A DNA stretch of 64,000 bases, taken from assembly GCA_040954595.2 (NCBI GenBank), contig CM082586.2, positions 3,640,349 to 3,704,348 on the forward strand. Direction: 5' to 3'. Origin of the DNA: Balanoglossus misakiensis (lineage: Eukaryota; Animalia; Hemichordata). The notes under the pieces were generated by a model, which was not told the DNA's origin, searched no databases, and worked only from the letters and a program-made list of their open reading frames with translations. The translations under genes and the position numbers were made by a program. This document shows positions 1-12,687 of the stretch, piece after piece (the first letter of the stretch is position 1; each line of letters begins with the position of its first letter).

Positions 1-478
1 TACACTGAGGCTTTTGCGAACAGAATCTAAGTAAATGCATCGACTGTGTAAGAGAAAGGCGGCAAGTGAAAGAAAACAGAAATCTCCTTTTTTTTGGCAG
101 AAGGGTGCCGATGGGATAGATGTGCCGGTACAGACCGGACTTGCAGGAAAGGAACCTTTTTTCAGGAAGCAGATGAGAATGTGGAATGGCGAGAATGAAG
201 ATGGGTGGTAATATCATTGGAATAATTTATCTCACGAAATGAATTTTCGTTGTCAAATTGGCGGATTGGAATGCACGTTTTGTCCCGTTTCCCAAGAGAA
301 GCCAACGCTACACACTTGGCTGTTGGTGGTTTCAAATGAATGAAATTAAAACAATTTTAGTGATTTTATTAATTGATCTTGGTGTCCATTTTGGTATAAT
401 ATCTCTTTTGCCACTTTTGGCCGCATCGCTTTTTTTCTATGTTGACATTTGTACACCGACACGTCCTGTTCTCCTTAC

Positions 479-3400
479 CTACTCTGACCGCAAGGGAATC
501 TCGCCTTTCCCTTCTAAAAATGGGAGGCTCTATAATTAAATCATCATCTTCTTCATCATCATCATCATCAGCACAATGATTCGTCTTATCACCTTCGTCT
601 CCTGGGGGCGCTGCCTCCACAGGAGGTGCGCCCTTTTTGGTAAGGGCTGGCTCCTCGATGGGCTGTGGTGGCGCAGATTCCTGCGCTGGTGTCGTCTTCT
701 TGGCTGTCATTGGCTCCTCCACTAGTGGCTTAGGAGGGGCAGCTTCAACATTTTTCCTGGTGTATTAAAAAAGAGGCCAACTTTATTGGTTTTGGCCAAC
801 TTTATCAGTTTGACCTTGTAGGAATATATATGTAATTGAAATCGAGATTTACCCCTCCTCAACTTAACGACGAAATTTCGTCTACCATGCACACGTCATT
901 ATTTACCCTTACCAAATTTCCGAGTGCTCGGGTGCACCTCGGGTGCACCTAAAATACACCCAAAACACACCAATAGCACTTAGACCCACCCGTAACCTAC
1001 CTAAAACACACCACTGTAAGATGAGGTGGGTTTTGGGTGGGTGGTCTAACCCACCCGAAATCCACCCCTACAACATAAACTGAATAGGTGTCTTACGGGT
1101 GCACCCGAAATACACCTTCTGATATCAGCACTGGCCGTTAAGGCACCCAAAACACACCCGCTTTCGACTTTGCAACTTTTTCACATAGGGAAGGCACTCA
1201 AAACACACCCGCTTTCGACTTTGCAACTTTTTCACATCGGGAAGGCACCAAAAACACACCCGCTTTCGACTTTGCAACTTTTTCACATCGAGAAGGCACC
1301 CAAAACACACCCGCTTTAGACTTTGCAACTTTTTCACATAGGGAAGGCACTCAAAACACACCCGCTTTCGACTTTGCAACTTTTTCACATCGAGAAGGCA
1401 CCCAAAACACACCCGCTTTCGACTTTGCAACTTTTTCACATCGAGAAGGCACCCAAAACACACCTGCTTTAGACTTAGCAACGTTTTCACATCAGTTAGT
1501 TGATGAAAAATTATATCATCTGTTGAAGTTGGAAAATTTCTGAATATATTTTATTAAATAATTAACAGCTCCAGGGAATAAAAAACATTTTTTTTGTCCA
1601 TTTATATGTACTGGAATATCGCACAAAATCAAGTTCTGTCTCTTTATTTTGGAGATCACGATTTTAATAAAAGTTTTCCACGATTTATTCACCACAAACT
1701 ACAACCCTTGCAAGTTGTACTGGCCGAAGTACAATACTTGACTTTTGACCCGGGACGTCATTAACATACGTAACCGGATTGGTCCATTCATAATAACGTC
1801 ATTGAACAGTCATACTGGCAAGTCCACATCGTAGACACGGAAGTCAATGTCGGAAAGCCATTTCGACGCAGTTTTAGCAAAATTTGTGAAATCGTTTCAT
1901 TGTTCCGACTACTTTAGGCGTCAGAGATGACGTGCGGATATCAAAACACGTAAGATCATGACAAGGGAGGTCAGTCACGTACGTTCATCGCGCGCATCGG
2001 TCGACGCGGTCATAACAATGTGGCCGCCATTCTCGATGTCAGTAAACAGTCGCATTCAAACACATCGCGTTTTGATACGACTCGGACGATTGTAAGTACC
2101 AAACGCGTTTTGAACGAACACCTACTCCTGTGGTGTGTCCATTGATAGCTGTTGATTTGACCGTACTCATTACAAGAAATCTCGATCGCCATTTAAGGAC
2201 GATGATGCATGGACGAGCATCCGCGAGAATGGTTCATTCAAAATGGCGTGGACATTGCATGTACGTTGCATAATATCGTTCCCGGACAGAAATGTGAAGC
2301 AGCATGCCTCGGATAACTTAATTATTGCTGTGAAACCACTGACTATATTCTGATCACGGTGACCACATTTCCATCGAACTTAGTGTAGATTACAAGTGTT
2401 TGTACATAGCTAGTCGAACTGTACTATGTAGCTCTATCATTTTATCCATCATTTTATTTTTACTGTACTGTACAAAAGAACTTTATTAAGTTTACAATTA
2501 GCAATATATTGACTTTTAGTGTTATTAACAAAAATTGTATTGGCTGTTTTTTTCACATTGTGTGTGTGTGTGTATGAGCCACTGCAGCAACTGCATAATA
2601 TCATTCAGGTGTGTTTTAGGTGCCACCTAAAGTGCACCCGGAGTATGTTGTTCCGGGTGCGTTTCGGGTGCATCCATACCATATCATACGGGTGTGTTTC
2701 GGGTGCCACCTAAGGTGCACCTCGGGTGTGCTCTATTTCGGGTGCCTTTTGGGTGCACCTATAATGCACCTGTTTTGTACACCCGAAACACACCTAAAGT
2801 GACCAATTTAAGGTGGTTTCGGGTGTGTTCTGAGGGGTGTGTTTCGGGTGCCACCTAAGGTGCACCCGGGGTGTGTTCTTTTGGGTGCCTTTCGGGTGCA
2901 CCCGATTTTGGTAAGGGTACAAGTGAGTATACAGAGTGAAGTAATAAACATACGTCGGTGTCTTTTGCATGACTTCTTCCACTGGTTTTTTCGCCTGTGG
3001 TTTCTTCGGCGGTGCGTCTTTCTTTGGCGGTGCCTTCTTTGGAGGTGGTTCTTGCGTATAAAAGATGATAATTGGATGTAAGTAAAAAGCATTTATATTT
3101 GTGCTAAAAATGACACGCTTGACATATATAGTTGAATTGAAAGGTCTTAAAACAAAGCTGCGATAATGGAATACATGTGACGTCATTGACCAACAACTTA
3201 AAAACCCGACATCTATTCGATTTCTCATAACCATCAGCATTTAAGAATATCGACAAAACTTTGCATTGTCATTGATTTCGAAAATTCTTCTTGGTCATCG
3301 TTGCTTGGCAATTCGAATCCTTCTGTATCGCCTTGAGATTGAAATATTCCTTTACCTTTTACCTCCAGCCGAGCCTTTGTTGTGGCCTCTCCAGCGCTGT

Positions 3401-6400
3401 TGACCGCCTTGCAGGAAATGGTTCCAGAGTCCTCCGGGAACACCTCGACAAATATAAGAGTGCACACGTCCTTCTGTTTTGTGATTTTGAAGTCAGGTGA
3501 TGGCTTGATTTCTTTGCCGTTGCTGTCGATTGGACGATGAAATTTGGAACAGTGTCTTAAAATCTATTCACTGTGTCTTTTGGCTGTGTTTTCAGTATGT
3601 TTGTTAAGTGTATGATGTACAATATTGAATATCTGTCATTTTCTGTGGCGAGTATCAAATATACTTACTTGTACCATGTGATCTTGGGTTCAGGAAGTCC
3701 GCTGAATCGAATGCGGAATGTTACTTCATCCCCATCCATTACATTCTGAATATTTAGGAAACAAATAAAGTAAAAATGTCATCATTGTACGTGATGTCAG
3801 AAAGGCATGGAAGCACAACCTGACTTTGGCTTGGAAGGTAAACTAGACTTGAGAAATCATCTGTCTGTACACATTTCTCCACAGACACTCTCACCTGATC
3901 TTTCAATCCTTCCAAGAACTTGGGTTTTTCCTTTTTACCAGCGCCCTCCTCCGCTGTAGATGTGGTTTTGGCCGAGGAGACCTCCACCTTGGACATTTTG
4001 GATTCCACCAGACTTGAGGCAACTTCTACCTTGAGATCCCCATCAGGCATAATTTGCATGTCAGCCGTATTGCCAAAATCGAGCTGGAACTGCTTCGGCT
4101 CTTCTTCCATTTTCTTCATTTGTTGGACTATACAAAAAAAACGAGATACCAAAAATAAGCCAAGGGTAAATAGAATCATAGAGTACCAACATATATAGTA
4201 CAATCATTTTAACATTCAGCAAACATTATTAGTTATCGATAATGGCTAGTAGATTATCCATGCTAACCAGTTCATGATGTGCGTATAAACAATGCAATGT
4301 AAATGAGCAGCAACATGTAATACCAGTAACAACCCGTACCACTATCACAATTTATCTGTAATCGTAAACATTTCACCATTATCGTTTCTATTTTGTCATC
4401 ACCGATATCATTCTAAAACAACCCCAAAACAGCACAACTCACCATCAAAATTAATGGTTATCGTCGAGTTTCCTTCTCCTTTGTCATTTTTGGCGTTGAT
4501 GGTGTAAATACCACCATCTTCCGGCTTTACGTCTTTCACCACCAACGTCAGAATATACTCGTCGCCTTTGCTGACCGTGGTGAGGGTGAACCGACCGCCG
4601 TCGCGGACTACAGTGCTGCCATGCTTCCAGACGATGACCGGTCTGGGAATTGCTATAACCCTCTGCGTCATTATGATCGTCCTGCCACCGTCTTCCTGTT
4701 TGATGGTCGGTCTGTCTGGAAACGACGGTGCTCCTTTCTTGCTCTCTTTGACTGTGGAAAAGAAAACATGTCAGTTTAACAATGTTTCACAAGTCCGACA
4801 ATTGTCCAGTGTTTAAAACAGAAACAGGCTACTAAGGGATAAGCTTTTACACGTTTGCAGCTCACATTCGTAGCATCACTAGCAGATGTCCGATTTCTGA
4901 ACGTCAGTGTTTGAATTCTCCTGGGACCCCTAACTACATATCTAGGCCTAAACCCCTGACAGGAATGAAAACTATTTGATATACACTCCAACCAAACAGG
5001 CAAGAACTTCTTACCATCAAAATTGAGATTGATAGTCGACGTGCTCTCGCCAAACTCGTTCACAGCGACTACTTTGTACACTCCGCCATCGGCCGGTGTG
5101 ACGTCATTGATTTCCAATATCAGGAAGTACTCCTCCGTGCCTTCTCTCTCGGTGACGATCTCAAAGCGTCCGCCTCGTGTGATCACCTTGTCTCCGCAGT
5201 ACCACGTGATTTTCGGCTCTGGGTCTGCAGTGAGCTCGGCCTCGAACGACATGCGGCGGCCATCCTTGGACTGGTTCAGTTTGGGCTTCCCGGCAAACTT
5301 GGGCGCTTTGCCCTTCTTCCTGTTGACAAGATTGGCGAAATATTGGTATACGGGGAACGTTTGATGGCCTTTGCAAATTAATATGGTCAGGGGTCTTAAT
5401 ATAATAGGATTACGTGCGAATGGACATTGATTATAGTGCACAGAATCGTAATTAGTCCTGCTGCAACTGAGTCAACTTCTGCACGTCACGTCAGACCGAG
5501 TCTAAAATAACCCAGGTACTTACTTTTTGGCCGGTGGAGGAGCTGACTTCACTGTATTGGGGAAAAGTAAGAGAAAGAGCGTTGAAATAGGGTTAGCGAC
5601 ATACTAGTATGAACCCCCTGTAACATCATACTTTGGATCAGCCCTGTTGCTTTCAACGGTGTGACTGCAGGGCCAATAAACAGACGATGGGAAGAGAGGG
5701 GTTGATTGATTTTCTTCTTAGCAATCAGAAGCCCACGGCAATTTGTTCGCTGCAAAAAAATAATGAGGCACTTCAAAACTTTCAACTCACCGTCAAAATT
5801 GAGGTTGATGGTGGAAGCGCTTTCGCCAAGCTCGTTGACGGCAACGACTTTGTAGACGCCACCATCCTCAGGAGTGACGTCTTCTATTTCTAGAACTAGA
5901 AAGTACCCCTCGGCCCCCTCTCTCTCAATGATGATGTTGATGCGACCACCTGATCTGATCAGCTGCTCGCCACGATACCACGTGATCTTGGGCTCTGGGT
6001 CGGCAGTGAGCTCTACCTCGAAAGACATGCGGTGACCGTCCTTGGACTGCTGCAAGACGGGTTTGCCAGTGAAGTGCGGTGCTTTCCCCTTTATCCTGAA
6101 AATTATATATCATCAACAAATCAACTCAAATGATCTTCTTTCAGCACCAAAACTCATAAACGAGTTGGTATTTTGAAAATGGTAGACACGCGTACACTAC
6201 TAACTTGGCATATGGCACTACAGGGTATTCCATCGCTATAGCAACAAAACACCCACAAATAACAGAACGTACAGGAATTTGTCACATTGCCAAGTCTTAA
6301 CAAACATCACACACATCAGTGGTCGATACATTTTTGTTAGTGATTTCTGTTCACACACATACCGGCCAATTTGCATGCTGACACTGCTAGAAAAAGTGTT

Positions 6401-9400
6401 GGAACTGACCGACCTATAAGAGGGAAATCAACACGCATTAGTAATATTAAAACCACACAAAAAGGAATTCACATGCGATATCATTAATAGTACCTGGATG
6501 AGACAAAATAAGGGCGTGTCTTATTTAAGGGGAGGTGGGTTTCCAGTGCAATAAAATAAGATCGGTGGACGAAAATTTGTGAATATGAAAATTAGAAGAT
6601 ATCAAATCACCAGTTACATTTGTCAAATGTTAAGTCTTACATTTAAAATAAAAAACTTTTATGTAGAAAAGTATAGCTTTTGGAACCTGATATAAGTCAA
6701 CAAAATGGGAACATTTAATTTTGACTATGCATAACGAACACACTACTAGGAATAGGGGTCGGACATACATTAGCAAATATATTAAAGCGGAAAATGTGCT
6801 AGATAAACACAGTCGCAATCATGGGACAGGTAGAGTCAACAGAGCATGCATAGAAAAGTTCAAGTTGTACTTACTTAGAAGGAGGAGGTGCAGACTTAAC
6901 TAGAAAGAGAGAACGACACCCAGATGTAAGAAGAAATACACACACAAAATGACTATTTGAAACACTGAAAGATGCAGCAAGGATTTAGCAGTACGATTAC
7001 GCTTGCAAGAAAAGGGTTTTTGAAAGTACAAGTTCACAACTTTCTAGGGCATATGATATTGCTTTCAAGATACAGTGCTCAACAAAATCAGAATTAAATG
7101 ACATAGTACTGTCAAGAGTGCACGACAACATACTCAGTAAAGATTGTCACTCGGAATATTCTAGCAGCGCTCTACGCAATACGTTTATAACGCTGCAAAC
7201 GTCCTTAATTTTTTATTGCAATGTTACAATATTTCATAGCTGACGAAAAACATACACTTTGACACACTGTGCATTAGAGATACCAGAACTTACCATCAAA
7301 ATTTAGATTAATGGTTGACGTGCTTTCGCCAAACTCATTGACGGCAACTACTTTGTACACGCCACCATCAGCTGGAGTGACGTCATCGATTTCTAGAACC
7401 AAAAAGTAGCCTGCAGATCCTTCTCTCTCGGTGATAATATTAAATCGTCCACCTTGAGTGATCACCTTATCGGTTCGGTACCAAGTAATTTTTGGTTCAG
7501 GGTCGGAAGTAAGCTCTACTTCAAAGGACATGCGGTGGCCATCGTCTGATTGCTTGATGGCAGGCTTGCCTTCAAATTTTGGTGCTTTACCTTTCTTTCT
7601 GTTAGACAGTAAAATTGATATTGGTCATTTGTCATTCAATGACGAGGATGAACATCTGAAAATGATGTGCTTATTCATGATCAACAAAACAAAACATTTA
7701 AAGAAGAAAAAATGGCCTAAAGATAACGTTATCGTAGCTTTGGCGGTTCGATTTACATGTACTTACTTGGCTGGCTTGGGCGTTGCAGAATCAGCTGGAG
7801 AAACAAAATGAAATGAAATGGAAACAAAGCAAGACAAGTTACGAGAATGCAAACAATACAAAATGTAAGTGAACATAGTAAATCTTTGTATGACAAGTCG
7901 TCGAGTTAAATTTGTTTGATTAAATAGCAACAAAAATGGTTCACATCCAGTCAGTGTTAGGCCAGAGGTACAAATCATCAAAGAAGTTGTTGAAAATCCA
8001 CAATTGTGAGATATGTAAGGTTGTTGTTATGTTGAAACCCAGCGTTAGTATTCACACCATCATATTTTTTTCGGAAGTGACTCGACGTTGGTAATTCTAC
8101 TTGGCCTACTTCTACGTCGAAAGCGTTGGTAAAATAATGGTATTCTTAAAATAACGATGACAAAAATGCTTGTGACAAAAATACAATACTATGCTTGAAA
8201 AAAAAGATGACAAAATGACTGGAGATGAAAGGAAGGCAGGGAGGCAGCTTGGTGGGAAAAATGAAATTAACGCGAGGTGAAAGTAGAAAGAAATGGGGAG
8301 TTTGAAAATGGTAATATTTTACAACGAAAGGGGACAATAAGGGAACTATTGGCGTGTTTTATAAATGCAATGATGCTTTGGAGTGTGAATACTCTGTGTG
8401 AAATTACATAAGACAGCCGATGGTGTGGATAGATGCAAAAACTGGAGCGATTGATGTGTGATGAAGATACTACTACCGTATATGATGATTCTGATCATGC
8501 GCCAGGGTAATTACATAGAGGGCGGTATTGCGCAGGATCATGATTGTGATTTGTCCTTTTACATTCAGAACTTACAATCGAAATTCAAGTTAATTGTCTG
8601 CATTGTCTCTCCGAATTTGTTTTTGGCCACTACCCGATACTCAGCTGCATCTTTGGGAGTGACGCCGTCGATTTCAAGCACCGAGAAAGTGAACTCATCA
8701 TCCTCGTCCGCGTCGATGAGGTACCGTCCGCCATCTTTGATCAGAGTGTTGCCCTTGTACCACGAGATCGTCGGGCGGGGCTTCGATTTTATCTCGCACT
8801 CGAAGGTCAGTCTTCGCCCGTCCTTCGACTGTTTGATCTGGGGTTTCATGGCGAAAACGGGAGCGTCGCCCGGGGCGTCCTTTCCGGGAGCCGGTTTGGG
8901 TTTGCCGCGATCTAGCGTTCAGTATCAAAACGTTGTTAGGAAGTTAGTGTACCCCGTTGGCATGGCAACAGTAACAGCTTCTGGCAATATTACAGCGTAA
9001 TAGTGATAACATTTCAGAAATTTGCATTCAAGAAGATTTGGCGGATGGAATTGTATAAAAAAATTATTAAAAACTAAAGTTGCAATTTTACAGGACACAC
9101 TACAGTCTAATTGTTCTGTTCACAAAGTCATCTAAGCCGGAAGCTGGAAACCGTGCCATTGTTTAACAGGAGTATGATGAAAAAAACACACAAAAATTTC
9201 AAACAGTAACTGCCAATCACGATACACACAACCAGTAATCGTCAGTAACAGTTAAATCGAAAAAATGTACGGCAAGTAAGTAACATGCTGTTACTTGTAA
9301 ATTTGTACACACTGTCCCACGCGCTCACATGCGGTACACCCTTTTATTTTTCGAATATTCAAGGAAACGACCAGAATTCGTCCTGTTCTGGCAATCATCT

Positions 9401-10733
9401 GTGAAAAAAGGTTATCTTCGGGTACATATATGACGGATAGACATATTTTATGCTCGACATTTTACAATATTGCTGCATTAACACATACAGCAGACACAAC
9501 GAAAGATTAAGATCAGGATAACATCTCCATTACCATCAATAAAATTCGCTAATACGTTAAGATTTTATCGTCTATGTCTAATCTGTTTCCATGGCATCTT
9601 ATAAGTGCTTTGTCAGTGAATCCATGGTCTAGATGCTTGAGTCAAAATTTAAAGTTGGAAACACTCTATTCGATGGGGTATCTTACTTACTGGCAAAATT
9701 AAGTTTCACAGTTGAAGTGGATTCGCCCAGTGCGTTCTTCGCAAAGATGACATAATCCCCACCATCCGCCTCGCCGACACCATCGATCGTCAGGGACAGG
9801 AAATAGATGTCCTCGTCCACTTCCGTGCTGAGCGCGTATTTGCCGCCATCGACGATCTCCTTCCCGTCGCGGGTCCACGTGATCATGGGGCGAGGATCGG
9901 CCTGCAGTTCACAGTCAATGGTGAGCTTCCGACCGTCTTCGGACTGTTTCATGTTGGGTTTCATCGTAAACCTTGGCGCGGTGCCGTCTATTTGTTTGTC
10001 GCTGGGAAGAGGATTGAAAAGATCATATCATTGGCACAGACGGTGCAAGATCCTTCACCCGTTACGAGAATGGCTATAAAGTGTATTGCAGCGACTTCAC
10101 CATCAAAGGGGTCTGTCAGCACGAATTCGATCACACACTACTTGCTATTTAAGACACAGATAGTGAAAATTTCAGCAGTGCCTTTGAAACAAAACAGAAC
10201 AAAACAAACAATAAACAAACACTTACCCAGCATCCCCTGCATCTGAACCTAATAAAACAAAAAGAAAAAGGGACAAATATTATGTATTACTAAACGATGG
10301 AACAGTCACGTTACAAGAAACTGTGCCTTATAAATCCGTCCATTGAAGTCACAGTTCCAGGCTTCAGCAGAAAATTTTAAACTCGACATCCATAACCAAG
10401 ATACCTTCTGTCCCGCCGATACTTACCAAAATTGAGAGCAATAGTTCCACTGCTCTCGCCATATTGGTTCTTCGCTACAATCTTGTAGGTTCCCGCGTCG
10501 CCGGGCGTCACGCTGTCTATCTCCACGGAAACGATGTAATGGCTGCCTTCGGGGCGCACATCCATGAAGTATCGGCCCCCATCCCGAATTTCCGAAGTAT
10601 CGCGATACCACGTGAAAGACGGCTTCGGGTTGCCGGAAATCTTGCAAGCGAATGTCAGAAGTCGGCCGTCCGGAGATTGATCGATGTACGGTTTCTGTAC
10701 GAACGACGGCCCACTCTCTCCTGGTTTAACCAT
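479..10733 (-). CDS. Twitchin/projectin (unc-22)-like giant muscle Ig-domain protein, 5' portion (spliced; probably continues past the left edge)
   Basis: Phase-consistent GT-AG exons: 10733-10427 (Ig1, in-frame TAA upstream of ATG), 10248-10227, 10001-9691 (Ig2), 8911-8576 (Ig3), 7794-7767, 7598-7294 (Ig4), 6899-6875, 6095-5791 (Ig5), 5551-5524, 5319-5015 (Ig6), 4751-4443 (Ig7), 4127-3895, 3745-3669, 3522-3356 (Ig8 split), 3050-2954 and 756-479 (P/E/K-rich linker). I-set Ig motifs AP.F..KP...Q..DG...F.C/V.L...P.P.I.W...D.G.Y...A.N..GE....INLNF match the N-terminal Ig domains of C. elegans twitchin and insect projectin. Kinase/Fn3 region not in window, so twitchin vs other titin-family member is not certain. 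Confidence 0.85.
906..2917. mobile_element. Non-autonomous TIR DNA transposon (CMC/EnSpm-like) in a twitchin intron
   Basis: Terminal inverted repeat CCCTTACCAAA (906-916) / TTTGGTAAGGG (2907-2917), flanked both sides by TA (2-bp TSD); dense subterminal GGGTGCACC / AACACACCC repeats at ~925-1120 and ~2608-2905; no transposase ORF. Superfamily is inferred from CCC termini, 2-bp TSD and subterminal repeats. Confidence 0.75.
1141..1490. repeat. 51-bp minisatellite, about 7 copies, inside the transposon
   Basis: Unit aggcacccaaaacacacccgctttcgactttgcaactttttcacat(aggg/cgag)a; produces the 17-aa periodic pseudo-ORF 1125-1490. Confidence 0.95.
5524..5551 (-). CDS. 28-nt microexon of twitchin-like gene (VKSAPPPAKK)
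   Basis: cttttccccaatacag|TGAAGTCAGCTCCTCCACCGGCCAAAAA|gtaagt; phase 1 to 2, matches acceptor at 5319; paralogous to the 6875-6899 microexon. Confidence 0.85.
6875..6899 (-). CDS. 25-nt microexon of twitchin-like gene (VKSAPPPSK)
   Basis: ttctctctttctag|TTAAGTCTGCACCTCCTCCTTCTAA|gtaagt; phase 1 to 2, matches acceptor at 6095. Confidence 0.85.
7767..7794 (-). CDS. 28-nt microexon of twitchin-like gene (SDSATPKPAK)
   Basis: ttttgtttctccag|CTGATTCTGCAACGCCCAAGCCAGCCAA|gtaagt; phase 1 to 2, matches phase-2 acceptor at 7598. Confidence 0.85.
10227..10248 (-). CDS. 22-nt microexon of twitchin-like gene (GSDAGDAG)
   Basis: ttgttttattag|GTTCAGATGCAGGGGATGCTGG|gtaagt; converts phase 1 (end of Ig1 exon) to phase 2 (start of Ig2 exon), so needed to keep frame. 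Confidence 0.85.
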
Positions 10734-11134
10734 GATGAAATGTTACCTAGGTTGAAAAATAGAAAATACGAGTTTATCAGATACATTTCACAAACATTTA
10801 ATATACATTAAGGCAAAGAGTGATGTTATTTCACTAGTAGTTGTCACTAGTTGTATGGTTGAAAGTAAAATGTGCGGTTACAAAATTTTTGACATGCTTG
10901 AAATAGTATGGAGAATATTTGAGAAATTCCAGCTATATAAAGTAACATTCGAGAAACCTCATTTTGTGATTTATATGCTGCGGTCGGGTACATGTGACCT
11001 TTGAGCCCACTGACTCAGAACTACAAGAAAAACAAAGTTTTATGGAATAGTTATACTGATCCTAGCGACTGTTCTGTTTTCTTTAGTTATAACCATGAGA
11101 AATAGTGCACAATGTGGCTATGTGTATACGTGCG

Positions 11135-11135
<1 letters not shown>

Positions 11136-11184
<49 letters not shown>
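11136..11184. repeat. (GA)n-(GACA)n compound microsatellite
   Basis: Directly visible. Confidence 0.95.
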
Positions 11185-11185
<1 letters not shown>

Positions 11186-12687
11186 CGAAAGAGAGAGAAG
11201 TGAAGGGAGAGAGAGATCTTGCTAAATGTTTACCATTAGGACCATGTCTGTCGGAGATATTTATTTTCAGCATTAATGAGGAAAACACCCGGTCTACTAT
11301 CAAGTGATGTTTTCGAGGTGGCGGGGTTAAAGTGCTGTATTGGAATTCAATGCGAATCAGCGACGGCGGGCATGTTAGATACATAAACGTCTGCTATGCG
11401 TCTCAAGAGACCGTGTCCGAGACATATCACCAACCGGCGGACTACTTTTTTCAAAGATCAGAACCTGCTGCCTCATCACTGCAGTTGTCAGACTAAATGA
11501 AGCGTGTCGGTCCACGACAACAAATGGACACACGTTCTAATTTATGATGGTGTTTGATGGGTGATACGTTCTGTTCTTCATCAAAAGTTGGCGGCCTCCT
11601 TTTCATTGAAGTTAAAAACCTCTACATCTCCTAAGTGGTGCAAGATACAGATGATCGACAGTAAGGAAATTCCAAGGAGTCACAGAAGCATTCACATGTT
11701 TCATATTTCAAATAACGGCATTCGAAAATAAAAGTACGTCGTTTATAATCTTGTAAAAGATTGGGTGACATAGTACGGCATCTTGAGATGTCTGAGACAC
11801 ATCTGGCAAAATAGAAGTACTGTAGTTTCGCTTGATACACGCATGGATATACACGTGTCCTGAGTAAACCTGATCGTTGCTGCGTCTAGTTTGTATGTCG
11901 GTATGTGGGCTCCAGTAACCACGCTACCCTAGGAAAACTGTCAAATTAACTTACATGTGCAGCAAGTGGGCTATTTTAGTTTCTAAAATCGTAACTTTAT
12001 CTTGTCAAGTGAAATTTGATGAAGAGAAACTACTGAAAGCTCGTAAGGTGATCGGGATAAAGATATAAAGATAATTTAGTTTTTTTTGCGATGGGTGGAT
12101 TGTGGTTATGTGGTTGTTCTATCTTTGGTAAATAATTCAGACGATATGTCTGTATGTATATCCGACAAGACAGTAAGGGGTGCATTATTATCGGTGACAA
12201 TTATCTCATAAAGTATCTGAATGGTTCAGTGTTGACACACAATGTCGACTTGTGCACAGTTCAACAGTTTATAAAACGAATGTGTGAAGCAAAATCGAGT
12301 TCCGACGATGGGGGCGCTGTCCAACACTCAACAGTCGCGTCGATATGCTTCCAAAATCAAAGGAAGTTTCCTCTTTCAATGTGATAACTATCCACAATTC
12401 GCTTGTCGAGAACGCTCCGAGTGCATTCAGACGTGAAGCGAAGCTCAAGTCAACGACAAAGCGCTGATCAGTTCCGTGAACGACAAATCGACATCGACAC
12501 ATAGAGGCGAGTGTCCCTGCTCGTGATATGATTGGTCCAAAGTTTTCGACGTTGGGGGTAAAATTAAGCGTCACGTTGCGCAATCCCCACGCCTCCCCAC
12601 GCTTGGGTTCGAAGAACCTTGATGGCCGTAACTTTATCAAATCCAGCCCGATTTTTACACGGCTTATATAATGAGATCGTACTTACA

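Noticed and set aside
1125-1490. 121-aa Cys-rich repetitive ORF / CRISPR-like array
   Set aside because: Translation of a 51-bp tandem minisatellite inside a transposon; no unique spacers, eukaryotic context
2519-2920. Overlapping ORFs with RVHP/GCT repeats
   Set aside because: Artefacts of transposon subterminal repeats
3920-10811. Plus-strand ORFs (e.g. 8458-9000, 5023-5364, 10464-10811)
   Set aside because: Antisense shadows of the Ig exons
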